A stretch of 64,000 nucleotides of DNA, from NCBI GenBank assembly GCA_032654705.1, contig JAULAZ010000003.1, positions 2,695,571 to 2,759,570 on the forward strand. Direction: 5' to 3'. This stretch comes from Chitinophagaceae bacterium. Its GTDB lineage: Bacteria > Bacteroidota > Bacteroidia > Chitinophagales > Chitinophagaceae. The translations under genes were made by a program, and so were the position numbers. The notes below the pieces were generated by a model. It made no database searches and had not been told where the DNA came from. It saw only the letters and a list, made by a program, of their open reading frames with translations. Position 1 is the first letter of the stretch. Every line of letters starts with the position of its first letter. Below, in pieces: positions 1 through 9,240 of this stretch.

Positions 1-102
1 TGATGAGGAAAGATCTAAAACAACAACCCATTTCATTTACCGATGGAATGATGGTGAATGGTATTTATGGTTTGGTAAGAAAAAGATTGTAAAAAATATT
101 TA

Positions 103-795
103 TCAGTCTGGCCGGTAGTATTTTTTGAGAAGATCGCTAAGATATCCGGCATCAAACCGAATCTCCAGTTCCTGAATAATATGCTGAATGAGAGATGTAT
201 CAATCTCAAAACAAGTTCCTTTGTCAATTTCAATATAATTTGATCGGATGTTCAGAAAAGCTTCAATGGCTTCAACGATTTTTTTTACCGGATGATTTAC
301 GGGGTTTGCAATATTAATAACCTGGTTCGGGAAAAGGTTATGCTTGAGAATATGATCAATGATAAGGTAAGCATGATCGACATCAATGACGTTTCTGCAG
401 GCGTTTGTCCATAAGTCAAAATTTATTCCATTTTTTACATGGTTAAAAAAGAAGTTAAGCAACGTATTTGGGTTGGAGGAAATTCCCGCCAGGTTCGAAA
501 CCCGGAATATACGGTATTGCTTTACCCGGTTTTGAATATATTCTTCAATATGCAGCTTATGCTGCACATAGGCAGATTCTTTTTCCTGTAAGTCATAAAT
601 ACTGCAGGTGCTGAAATAAATTAAAGATTTGTTATCGTATTGCTGAAGACTGTCTTTAAGCAATTTCATTTCCCGGTTATATGCTTCGGGGTTTTTAGTT
701 TTAGAATTTGAAACGCCGGAAGCAAAGACCAGTAGGTTATCGTCGCCCTTGTATAAATCGAAACGCCTTGCAACTAATCCATTTCCAATAACCAT
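103..795 (-). CDS. NAD(P)-binding epimerase/dehydratase-like protein (tentative)
   Basis: 230-aa ORF with an ATG start. The N-terminal MVIGNGLVARRF looks like a degenerate Rossmann turn. It is co-oriented with three glycosyltransferase genes. The family call is by recollection only. Confidence 0.45.
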   Translation of the reverse strand: MVIGNGLVARRFDLYKGDDNLLVFASGVSNSKTKNPEAYNREMKLLKDSLQQYDNKSLIYFSTCSIYDLQEKESAYVQHKLHIEEYIQNRVKQYRIFRVSNLAGISSNPNTLLNFFFNHVKNGINFDLWTNACRNVIDVDHAYLIIDHILKHNLFPNQVINIANPVNHPVKKIVEAIEAFLNIRSNYIEIDKGTCFEIDTSLIQHIIQELEIRFDAGYLSDLLKKYYRPD

Positions 796-833
796 AAATC
801 AATTTTTTTTATTGCTTTAGTTTAAAACAAAAA

Positions 834-1799
834 TCATGAATTAGTTTTTTTCCACCAGGCTTTCTTTTTACCTGCCATTTGAAGGGGAAAGGGATAAGGT
901 AATGATTTAAACTTCTCATACCCGGCTTCCAGCAAGCCTTCCCTGTATTTTTGATAAACAGGAACCAATGAAGGAAAATTGGTGAAAGTCAACCAGGGCT
1001 CATCATAATAAACCAGTTTACCGGGCTCTTCTATTTTATATTTTGAAAAATGATACAAAACCAACGGCTGGTCATTTACAAAAAATGTTCCGTTCCTTTT
1101 TTCTACTTTTCGCTCAATCAGGTTCCAGATGGCTACATTATAACCGGGATTTTTATTGACATAAACATCATCAAAAAAAGAATGAACTAAATTCAACCAA
1201 AGCTGATCGGCAAAAAGATGCTCATCTGGTTTTTCATAACCCAGGTGTTGCAGCAATTTTTTCCACCAGTCTAAAAAAACAAATGCCTCCGGTTTCCGTT
1301 GCAATTCAAAGTAACCTGCATTGTACACTCCATAACGGTTCATTGAAATAACACTGTAATTTTTTGATTCCGGGAGGTACTCTGTATTTTTTGTCCGATG
1401 AGGGCTAAGTGTAATGGCGGCTTCAGTTAATGATGCAAAAGGGCCGAATACATACATATCGCTGTCCAGGTAAATGAGCCGTTGCACATTGCTGTGTTGT
1501 TCCAGGATATGAGTGGCAAAAAATGGTTTTAGGGCACAGTTCATTTCAAAAGGTTGGTATCGCCGGCTCATTCCTTCGATACGGCTATCGCTAAGTGAAT
1601 TGATAAAATAACAGTTGTCAACATTCAATTCCGGGCAATGGCTTTTATTTCCTAATATGCCAATAAAAAATTCAGCGTCCGTATTATGCTGTAAAAAAGA
1701 TTTTTTTAGCGAAATAGCATGTGCCAGGTAATTCGGCGTTACAACTGTAAATGCTGCCGTTGAAAAATTGCCGGAAGAATTATTTTTTTTATTTTCCAT
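834..1799 (-). CDS. Nucleotide-diphospho-sugar glycosyltransferase (GT8-like, DxD type)
   Basis: 321-aa ORF with an ATG start. It has a DSDMYVF (DxD) motif and FTVVTPNYL near the N-terminus, typical of retaining GT-A transferases. It lies in the glycan cluster. Confidence 0.55.
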   Translation of the reverse strand: MENKKNNSSGNFSTAAFTVVTPNYLAHAISLKKSFLQHNTDAEFFIGILGNKSHCPELNVDNCYFINSLSDSRIEGMSRRYQPFEMNCALKPFFATHILEQHSNVQRLIYLDSDMYVFGPFASLTEAAITLSPHRTKNTEYLPESKNYSVISMNRYGVYNAGYFELQRKPEAFVFLDWWKKLLQHLGYEKPDEHLFADQLWLNLVHSFFDDVYVNKNPGYNVAIWNLIERKVEKRNGTFFVNDQPLVLYHFSKYKIEEPGKLVYYDEPWLTFTNFPSLVPVYQKYREGLLEAGYEKFKSLPYPFPLQMAGKKKAWWKKTNS

Positions 1800-1818
1800 G
1801 CATGTTTATTCAAATAGA

Positions 1819-2034
1819 CTACCCTTTATGATTCTTCCGCCACCTGTAGGCAATAAAACCAACAATAGCAAATGGAGCAAAAGCGAGGTAGAGAATTCCG
1901 GAATTCAGGCCCTTGGCAGGTTTTTCACCCAATTGCTGGGCGGTTTTAGTACAAATGGAACACTGGGCGGAGGAATTGGTAGTGACTAATGAATAGTGAA
2001 TGGTGAACAGTAATATCAATCCCCACTTTTTCAT
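1819..2034 (-). CDS. Small secreted or membrane protein (hypothetical)
   Basis: I used the internal ATG (MKKWGLILLFTIHYSLV...), which gives a signal-like N-terminus and a C-terminal TM helix (ILYLAFAPFAIVGFIAY). The longer 99-aa form would overlap the GT4 gene end. Confidence 0.35.
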   Translation of the reverse strand: MKKWGLILLFTIHYSLVTTNSSAQCSICTKTAQQLGEKPAKGLNSGILYLAFAPFAIVGFIAYRWRKNHKG

Positions 2035-2063
2035 GTTTGCAAGATTTTTGCAAAGATAACGTT

Positions 2064-3209
2064 TCATTTTTTTTCTTTTACAAGTCTTTCGGCTATTTGT
2101 TGAAACCTGCGACCCCATTGATCCCAGTTGAGATTTTCTTCATAATATTTCCTGGCAGAAAGTTTTAAGTTTTGCAAAGCATCTTTATCAGCAAGTAACT
2201 GTCCTATTTTCACGGCATAGTCGTCAGCGCCGGCCTGTAATGAAAGAGTAAACCCATTCATATCATTCTTTACATAAGTACTCACTCCACCGGTATCTGT
2301 TGTAACAGACGGAATGCCATAAGCCGAAGCCTCACTGAAAACTACACCTGCACATTCTGCCCTGGTTGGAAGTAATAAAAAATCTGTTTCAAGAAAAATA
2401 GTATTCAGTTTGCTAAAATCATCCGGCTTGTTTTTATCAAGAAAAGGAATAACAGTAATATTTTTTTCTCCGGAAAGATCATGCGGCGGCACACAGCCAA
2501 TGATATGCAGATGCGGATTATTTCCTTTTTGTTTAAGTAATCGAAAAGTTTGCAGCGCAATTTCTCCTCCTTTTCTTTCCCATTCCACACCAAGGAACAG
2601 CAACCGGCATTGTAAAGAAGTTGTCGAAGTTAAATCTGCTGCAACCGGAATTTTATCAAGATTGGCCCCAAAGGGAACAACAGAAATTTTGCCGGAATCA
2701 ATTCCATAATCATGAATAGCAGAATTCTTATTCCATTCCGATGCCAGCATACAATGAGCTGTTTTTTGAAAAGCCTTTTTATCCAATGCTATTCCCTGCG
2801 CCACATTATATTTTGCAAGGTTGCTGAAATAAGGATAATATCCCTGCAGTTGCTGAAATGTAGCATCGGTCATGTAAACAACAGGTATATCTGTTTCGAG
2901 ATATGCGATCAGTTGGGAGGAAGCGGAAACAAACAAAATATCAACCGGTCTTTTCTTTAGTTCCTTTTGTAATTGCCTGCTGAAATATTTTGAATAAGAT
3001 TTTAAGAATTCAACCGCTGTTTGTTTCTTAAATAATCTTCTGTTCAAACTTTTTTGCATCGTCAGCCATTCCCGTACTCTCCACGACCAGTTGAAATGAA
3101 AAATTTCTACTTCATTATATTTTTTCAACTGCTGATAAGTGTAATAGTTAATTCCTGACCATGATTTTTTATCCAAAGGACTCCATCTTGCAGCAAAACC
3201 GATTTTCAT
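2064..3209 (-). CDS. Glycosyltransferase family 4 (GT-B, GT1/GT4 type)
   Basis: 381 aa. The C-terminal half carries the classic GT4 signature region LLLPTRAECAGVVFSEASAYGIPSV (an E-x7-E-like motif). Confidence 0.8.
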   Translation of the reverse strand: MKIGFAARWSPLDKKSWSGINYYTYQQLKKYNEVEIFHFNWSWRVREWLTMQKSLNRRLFKKQTAVEFLKSYSKYFSRQLQKELKKRPVDILFVSASSQLIAYLETDIPVVYMTDATFQQLQGYYPYFSNLAKYNVAQGIALDKKAFQKTAHCMLASEWNKNSAIHDYGIDSGKISVVPFGANLDKIPVAADLTSTTSLQCRLLFLGVEWERKGGEIALQTFRLLKQKGNNPHLHIIGCVPPHDLSGEKNITVIPFLDKNKPDDFSKLNTIFLETDFLLLPTRAECAGVVFSEASAYGIPSVTTDTGGVSTYVKNDMNGFTLSLQAGADDYAVKIGQLLADKDALQNLKLSARKYYEENLNWDQWGRRFQQIAERLVKEKK

Positions 3210-3229
3210 AAATTAAATATAGGTTTTTC

Positions 3230-3314
3230 AACACAGAGGTACGGAGAAACAAGGCAACACTGAGCCTTCATCTTTGAGTTTCTGTGAAACTCAACATCTT
3301 CGTTTCTCTGTGTT
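3230..3314. repeat. Composite palindromic intergenic element (acacagag...gagaaac / gtttctctgtgt arms with an inner hairpin tgagtttc-tgt-gaaactca)
   Basis: The outer arms at 3231-3250 and 3302-3313 are reverse complements, apart from a 5-nt insertion in the left arm. The inner 8-bp hairpin is at 3275-3293. The element fills the gap between two GT genes. Confidence 0.5.
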
Positions 3315-3345
3315 TATCATTTTCACCCTGGCAAGTTTAATCTTT

Positions 3346-4170
3346 TTATAAAAACCTTCTGGCAATGAGGTTATATGTTGTGTCTTCAGTTTTTATTTTT
3401 TCAACAGTTAGCTGAGATAAATAATTGTTCCATGAAAATGACTCCCATAAATGATGAAGGTACGCTTCGGGAAATTCTTTTACTTCTTCAAACATTGATT
3501 TCAAACCTGCTGCATCATATAACGGGTAATGAAAAGCATAAGGACTGAGTTGTGTGATCTTCTCCGGGTAAGCTGTCGCTAGTTTTTCAGGAACAAGCAC
3601 CGAATGTTCATTCCAGTATTTGTCCCTTCCTGTTGAACGAAAGGTTTTGTATTCATTCAGCCATAGGTTTACAAAATCACTATTCTTTTCTGACAACAAT
3701 ACTGCATTGCACAAACCTGTAGCTCCTTCTTTTGCTTTTATTAATCCCAAATTATATTTAAGTCTTTGCCGCCAGTTTTTTGGAACATAAGACGCCTTCA
3801 ATTCTTGCCCGATAGCAAATGAATGATTCAATAAATTGGTTAATGGTTTTACACTGATGGTATCCAGATCAAGATAAATGCCGCCGGTTTCTTTTAATGC
3901 CTGCAACCTAACTACATCTGCTTTATGCGCCACATGGAATAATGGCCGGCCCATAAAGGAGTCGGGTGCAATTATTTTATTGAGTGTAAGGAGTGGCTTT
4001 GCTTTCTCCCACCACTCTCCCTGTGGCTCATATTGATAATGAAAAATAGCAGCAGTGGGTTTATTTAATTCAACAGCCGATTTTACCGACAGGTAATGTG
4101 CCAGGGAGAATGGCTTGCCGCCAAAATCAGCAGCCATACCAAAAACAAAATGAAGGATGTTGGGGATCAT
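3346..4170 (-). CDS. Glycosyltransferase with DXD sugar-binding motif (GT32/OCH1-like)
   Basis: 274 aa. It has an IYLDLD motif preceded by ADVVRLQAL, typical of the Gly_transf_sug (GT32) region. Confidence 0.6.
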   Translation of the reverse strand: MIPNILHFVFGMAADFGGKPFSLAHYLSVKSAVELNKPTAAIFHYQYEPQGEWWEKAKPLLTLNKIIAPDSFMGRPLFHVAHKADVVRLQALKETGGIYLDLDTISVKPLTNLLNHSFAIGQELKASYVPKNWRQRLKYNLGLIKAKEGATGLCNAVLLSEKNSDFVNLWLNEYKTFRSTGRDKYWNEHSVLVPEKLATAYPEKITQLSPYAFHYPLYDAAGLKSMFEEVKEFPEAYLHHLWESFSWNNYLSQLTVEKIKTEDTTYNLIARRFL

Positions 4171-4319
4171 TGATCGTTACAGGTTACTATAAAGCTAAAA
4201 AAGTCCGGTGAAAAGATATGACTATAAAAAATACCGGCGGATGGCCCGAGGACAAGGTTATCCCGGAAGTTGTTTCAGATGGTAATTATATAGGTGTAGA
4301 CCCAAGGGGGTAAAAAAAT

Positions 4320-4514
4320 CTATTTATTTCTGAATACCTCTAAAACGGTATAGTTAATTTTCTTCTTACCATCGTGAATTATCCAATCTTCAGCCGCTTT
4401 TCTGTCTGGTAAAGAGGCGGCAAAAGTTAACCCGAAGGTTGCTCCAAATATAGATTGAGGCCAAATGCCCTTGACTTTATAAACTAAAAACGCATGATTT
4501 GTTGTCTGATTCAT
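4320..4514 (-). CDS. Hypothetical small protein
   Basis: 64-aa ORF with an ATG start in an otherwise empty gap next to typA. No motif was recognised. Confidence 0.3.
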   Translation of the reverse strand: MNQTTNHAFLVYKVKGIWPQSIFGATFGLTFAASLPDRKAAEDWIIHDGKKKINYTVLEVFRNK

Positions 4515-4575
4515 TTTATGAGGTTTAGATGAAGGTAACCTTTCACGTATATCGATGCCTAAAATTATTTATTCA

Positions 4576-6387
4576 TTACACCGCCTCTGTTTCCATCCTC
4601 TTCTGCACTTTCTTCCTTTCATCTTCATTCAATATCACTTTTCTCATACGAATGAAATTCGGCGTTACTTCAATGCACTCGTCCTCCTGGATATACTCCA
4701 TGCATTCTTCCAGTGTCATCAGTATTTTAGGAGCAATGCGGGTGGCATCATCACTGCCGCTGGCACGGTGGTTGGTTAATTTTTTTGGTTCCGTTGCATT
4801 CACCACCAGGTCGCCGGGTTTAATATTTTCTGCAATGATCTGCCCGGCATATACTTCTTCTGCAGGGTCCACAAAGAATCTTCCCCTGTCCTGCAATTTA
4901 TCAATGGAATAACCGGTTGTTTTATCTGTGTTTTTTGAAAGTAATACCCCATTGCTTCTTCCGGGAATCGGGCCTTTCCATGGTTTATATTCTGTAAACC
5001 GGTGAGCCATCACTGCTTCGCCGGTGGTAGCCGTAAGCATTTGTGTTCTTAAACCAACCAGTCCCCTGGAAGGAATTTCAAATTCCAAATGTTGCATCTC
5101 CCCTTTTGTTTCCATCACAAGCAATTCACCTTTGCGCCGGCTAACGAGGTCAATCACTTTGCTGGCAAATTCCTGAGGCACATCTACCACTAAGTTTTCG
5201 TAGGGCTCGCATTTTTTCCCGAAAAGTTCTTTTACAATTACCTGCGGCTGGCCTACAGTCAGTTCATATCCTTCCCGACGCATGGTTTCAATTAAAATTC
5301 CTAAATGAAGAATGCCACGGCCATATACCATTAAACTGTCTCCATCTTCACTGTCTTCTACTTTCAAAGCAAGATTTTTTTCTGTCTCTTTCATCAACCG
5401 GTCACGCAGGTGTCTTGATGTAACAAACTTGCCATCTTTTCCAAAGAATGGGGAATTGTTTACTGAGAAGAGCATGTTCATTGTTGGCTCATCTACACTG
5501 ATAATTGGCAATGCTTCCTGGGTTTCCGTATCCGAAATAGTATCGCCAATATTAAAATCTTCGATGCCCACTACCGCACACAGGTCACCGGCTATTACTT
5601 CCTTTACTTTCTTTTTACCCATCCCTTCAAATACATACAGCTCTCTTACTTTGGTTTTTTTAACACTGCCATCGGTCTGCATCAAAACAACATTCTGTCC
5701 TTCATTTAATACACCGCGGCTTACTTTTCCAATGGCAATACGGCCAAGGAAGGAAGAATAGTCCAGGGAAGTGATCTGCATCTGCACGGGTCCTTCGTTT
5801 ACTTTCGGTGGCGGTACATATTTAATTATCCCATCAAGCAATGGGATGATATTATCAATCTCTTCTAATGAATCATTGAACCAACCATGTTTACCTGAAC
5901 CATAATAAGTAGGAAAATCCAATTGTGCTTCGGTGGCGTCCAGGTTAAAAAATAATTCAAATATTGCATCATGCACTTCGTCAGGCCGGCAATTCGGCTT
6001 ATCCACTTTATTAATAACAACAATTGGTTTCAGATTCAGGTGTAAGGCTTTCTGCAACACAAATCTTGTCTGCGGCATTGGACCCTCAAAAGCATCAACC
6101 AATAATAATACCCCATCAGCCATTTTTAAAACCCTCTCCACTTCACCGCCAAAATCGGCGTGACCGGGAGTGTCAATCACATTAATCTTAACGTCATTGT
6201 ATACTACTGCTGCATTCTTACTAAAAATAGTAATGCCCCGTTCCTTTTCGAGGTCGTTACTATCCATGATCAGGTCACCGGTTTCCTGGTTATCCCTGAA
6301 AACCTTGGTGGTACGTAATATTTTATCAACCAGGGTAGTTTTACCGTGGTCAACGTGGGCTATTATTGCAATGTTTCTGATATCCAT
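4576..6387 (-). CDS. typA: Translational GTPase TypA/BipA
   Basis: 603 aa. It has the G1 motif AHVDHGKTT and the G3 motif DTPGHADF, and the EF-G-like domain order characteristic of BipA. Confidence 0.95.
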   Translation of the reverse strand: MDIRNIAIIAHVDHGKTTLVDKILRTTKVFRDNQETGDLIMDSNDLEKERGITIFSKNAAVVYNDVKINVIDTPGHADFGGEVERVLKMADGVLLLVDAFEGPMPQTRFVLQKALHLNLKPIVVINKVDKPNCRPDEVHDAIFELFFNLDATEAQLDFPTYYGSGKHGWFNDSLEEIDNIIPLLDGIIKYVPPPKVNEGPVQMQITSLDYSSFLGRIAIGKVSRGVLNEGQNVVLMQTDGSVKKTKVRELYVFEGMGKKKVKEVIAGDLCAVVGIEDFNIGDTISDTETQEALPIISVDEPTMNMLFSVNNSPFFGKDGKFVTSRHLRDRLMKETEKNLALKVEDSEDGDSLMVYGRGILHLGILIETMRREGYELTVGQPQVIVKELFGKKCEPYENLVVDVPQEFASKVIDLVSRRKGELLVMETKGEMQHLEFEIPSRGLVGLRTQMLTATTGEAVMAHRFTEYKPWKGPIPGRSNGVLLSKNTDKTTGYSIDKLQDRGRFFVDPAEEVYAGQIIAENIKPGDLVVNATEPKKLTNHRASGSDDATRIAPKILMTLEECMEYIQEDECIEVTPNFIRMRKVILNEDERKKVQKRMETEAV

Positions 6388-6388
6388 A

Positions 6389-6407
6389 CCCCTATCCCCT
6401 AAAGGGG
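6389..6407. repeat. GC-rich hairpin repeat, copy A (CCCC-TAT-CCCCT-aa-AGGGG)
   Basis: Sequence cccctatcccctaaagggg, 1 nt upstream of the typA start codon. It belongs to the CCCC-N2-3-CCCCT-loop-AGGGG family seen at least 5 times in the window. Confidence 0.6.
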
Positions 6408-6492
6408 AATATTTTTAGATTCTTTAATCACAACATGATCCCCCTGCACTCATACATGACAAAGATTTGATTGATGAATTTGTATTTTTTAC

Positions 6493-6513
6493 TCCCCTTC
6501 AGGGGCTGGGGGT
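6493..6513. repeat. GC-rich hairpin repeat, copy B (inverted relative to copy A)
   Basis: Sequence ctccccttcaggggctgggggt. Its reverse complement, cccccagcccctgaaggggag, matches the family consensus. Confidence 0.6.
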
Positions 6514-6626
6514 AAACGAGCGGCGAAGGTACGTTAATTAAGCGGGGGGAGCAAGCGAAACAGGCATTAATACAGGCTCAATCCTGTTTTAAACGGGGAT
6601 TAATGTAGTTTTATGAAAATAATTTT

Positions 6627-7619
6627 ATGAAATCCCTCAAATGGCTCGGTTTCCTCCTTTTACTGTTGATTGTGGTCTATTTCTTTGGCCCCCAGCCAGC
6701 ATTACCAAAATATTCAAATGAACTCCCTGCTATTCCTGCCGAACCGGTTACTCTGGAAAAATATATTAAAGACCATGAAGCGCAGCATAAACTAAAACCA
6801 GATAATGAAGCAAGAATTATCTGGCTGAATGATTCTTTAAAAGAAAAAACAGAATATGCTGTTGTGTACCTGCATGGATTTTCTGCCAGCCAGGAAGAAG
6901 GCGATCCGGTACATAAAGATTTTGCAAAAAAATTTGGATGTAATCTTTTTCTGAGCCGTCTTGATGCACACGGCATCGACACAACAGAACCATTAGCCAG
7001 TTTTACGGCTGATGGGGTTTGGAATTCTGCCAAAGAAGCTTATGCAATCGGCAAGCAGTTGGGTAAAAAAATTATTTTGATGTCCACTTCTACCGGTGGA
7101 ACACTGGCTTTAAAACTTTGCGCTGAATATCCGGATATAGCCGCCAACATTATGCTTTCTCCCAATATTGCCATCAACGATAGTAAAGCATGGATGCTGA
7201 ATAATCACTGGGGATTGCAAATTGCTGAAATGGTTACCGGCAAACACCGGACTGTTGATGACACTACTGCATTGTATGCTCAATACTGGAACAACAGGTA
7301 CTGTACAGTTTCAATAGTTCAGCTGGAAGAACTGTTAGAAACAACCATGAAAGAATCAACATTTAAGAAAGTAAAACAGCCTTCCTTGTTATTGTATTAT
7401 TATAAAGATGAACAACACCAGGACCCGGTAGTAAAAGTTTCGGCGATGAAAAGGATGTTTAGCCAATTAGGCACAGCAGATAGTTTAAAACGGCAAATGC
7501 CTTTACCCAATACTGGCAATCATGTTCTTGGTTCGCCAATCAAATCAAAAGATGTGGAATCGGTAAAGAGGGAGTGTGAGAAGTTTGGAGTGGAAGTGTT
7601 ACATCTTTCACTTAAGTAA
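6627..7619 (+). CDS. Alpha/beta hydrolase (esterase/lysophospholipase-like), membrane-anchored or secreted
   Basis: 330 aa. It has an N-terminal hydrophobic anchor, an oxyanion-region VYLHGFSAS, and a nucleophile-elbow-like MSTSTGG. Confidence 0.7.
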   Translation: MKSLKWLGFLLLLLIVVYFFGPQPALPKYSNELPAIPAEPVTLEKYIKDHEAQHKLKPDNEARIIWLNDSLKEKTEYAVVYLHGFSASQEEGDPVHKDFAKKFGCNLFLSRLDAHGIDTTEPLASFTADGVWNSAKEAYAIGKQLGKKIILMSTSTGGTLALKLCAEYPDIAANIMLSPNIAINDSKAWMLNNHWGLQIAEMVTGKHRTVDDTTALYAQYWNNRYCTVSIVQLEELLETTMKESTFKKVKQPSLLLYYYKDEQHQDPVVKVSAMKRMFSQLGTADSLKRQMPLPNTGNHVLGSPIKSKDVESVKRECEKFGVEVLHLSLK

Positions 7620-7708
7620 TAACATGATAAACCGGTTTTGAAATAGTTGCTGTTTAAAACAGTTTCATTTCCCGCACATTTCCTACCTTCCTCGCTCAAT
7701 TGTTTGCT

Positions 7709-8758
7709 ATGGTAAAAGCTAAAATCGCCGGTATCGGCATGTATGTGCCTGCCAATGTGGTAACCAACAATGACTTGCTGAAGTATATGGATACCAGCGA
7801 TGAGTGGATACAGGAACGTACCGGCATCAAAGAACGCCGCTATGCCCATCGCACTAATGAAACCACTACCACCATGGGTGTGGAAGCTGCTAAAATCGCC
7901 ATTGAAAGAGCCGGCCTTACTCCGCAGGATATTGATTTCATTGTCTTCGCTACACTAAGTCCTGATTATTATTTTCCCGGTTGTGGTGTGCTATTGCAAA
8001 GGGCATTGAAGATGAAAGAAATCGGCGCACTGGATGTAAGAAACCAATGCAGCGGTTTTGTGTATGCACTAAGTGTGGCCGACCAGTTCATTAAAACCGG
8101 CATGTATAAAAATATTTTAGTGGTGGGTGCTGAAAAACATTCTTTCGGCCTTGATCTTAGTACGAGAGGAAGAAATATTTCGGTGATATTTGGTGATGGC
8201 GCCGGCGCTGTTGTGCTTCAACCAACAGAAGACGTTAATCGTGGGATCCTTAGTACGCATTTACATAGTGATGGTAACAGCGCTGAAATATTAGCGATGT
8301 ATAACCCGGGCACACATGCCAATCACTGGACCGAACAAAAGCTGGCTGATTTTGACGAAGCAGAAATGGCTGAAATGTTCATGAGTCATGCCATGATAGA
8401 TAGGGCACAACTTTTTCCAAACATGGATGGCCCGGCTGTTTTTAAAAAAGCGGTAGAAAAATTTCCGGAAGTCATCATGGAGGCATTAAATAAAAACGGC
8501 CTTCAAACCTCCGACCTCCGGCTTCTGATTCCTCACCAGGCCAACCTCCGCATCAGCCAGTTTGTGCAAAAGAAACTCAGGTTAACTGATGAACAGGTAT
8601 ATAATAATATTCAAAAATATGGCAACACAACTGCCGCATCAATTCCTATTGCCTTATGCGAAGCATGGGAGCAGGGAAAAATAAAAGAAGGCGACCTGGT
8701 TTGCCTGGCTGCATTTGGCAGCGGGTTCACCTGGGCCAGTGCATTGCTAAAATGGTAA
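7709..8758 (+). CDS. fabH: 3-oxoacyl-ACP synthase III (FabH)
   Basis: Starts MVKAKIAGIGMYVP and has the active-site region NQCSGFVYAL (Cys), HQANLRI (His) and GNTTAASIP (Asn). I used the ATG at 7709; the ORF track begins at a TTG at 7700. Confidence 0.9.
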   Translation: MVKAKIAGIGMYVPANVVTNNDLLKYMDTSDEWIQERTGIKERRYAHRTNETTTTMGVEAAKIAIERAGLTPQDIDFIVFATLSPDYYFPGCGVLLQRALKMKEIGALDVRNQCSGFVYALSVADQFIKTGMYKNILVVGAEKHSFGLDLSTRGRNISVIFGDGAGAVVLQPTEDVNRGILSTHLHSDGNSAEILAMYNPGTHANHWTEQKLADFDEAEMAEMFMSHAMIDRAQLFPNMDGPAVFKKAVEKFPEVIMEALNKNGLQTSDLRLLIPHQANLRISQFVQKKLRLTDEQVYNNIQKYGNTTAASIPIALCEAWEQGKIKEGDLVCLAAFGSGFTWASALLKW

Positions 8759-8820
8759 TACATCATCGAGTTGGCATGATTATTTTATAACTTACAGTTG
8801 AATTGTAACATAAAAATAAA

Positions 8821-9237
8821 ATGAAAAACTTTGTTGCCTTAATCATACTATTGATGTCAACGCTTTTTACCAACGGTCAGGATAGCTGGAAAATTACCCT
8901 GAATAAAACAACTGTGTTAAGCAGTAGCAAGCCAGACGAATTGCTTAATTCAAAAAAAATAAAATCAACTGACTGGAAAAAAAACGGCTACCTGGAAGTT
9001 AGTTATAATGAAACCACACCCAGTAACTGGCGCCACTCAATTCAGTTCGCTGATGAAAAGGGCAATCCTGTTTTGACAAAAGACAGTACAACTGCTGCTA
9101 AAATACCCACCGCCACACTCAGGAAATTATTTGCGGGAAAGAAACAAATAAAAATTTACATGGTAACCGATCCGCCAAACCCGATGATGATGGCTCCTTC
9201 CCGTATGATCCATTTGGCAACACTCCGGCTGCCTTAG
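8821..9237 (+). CDS. Hypothetical secreted protein
   Basis: 138 aa with a clear signal peptide (MKNFVALIILLMSTLFTNGQ). It ends 3 nt before the lipid kinase gene. Confidence 0.5.
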   Translation: MKNFVALIILLMSTLFTNGQDSWKITLNKTTVLSSSKPDELLNSKKIKSTDWKKNGYLEVSYNETTPSNWRHSIQFADEKGNPVLTKDSTTAAKIPTATLRKLFAGKKQIKIYMVTDPPNPMMMAPSRMIHLATLRLP

Positions 9238-9240
9238 TTT

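Noticed and set aside
1819-2118. Long 99-aa version of the small ORF after the GT4 gene
   Set aside because: The first 28 codons overlap the 3' end of the GT4 CDS and are highly basic junk-like sequence. The internal ATG at 2034 gives a sensible signal peptide, so only the short form is reported, and with low confidence.
5312-5761. 149-aa ORF antisense to typA. Similar antisense or shadow ORFs occur at 2410-2960, 10560-12412, 19136-20567, 39038-39518, 46554-47363, 48256-48952 and 60506-61051.
   Set aside because: All lie inside strongly supported genes on the opposite strand or in another frame. They have low-complexity or odd composition and no recognisable motifs. They are typical shadow ORFs.
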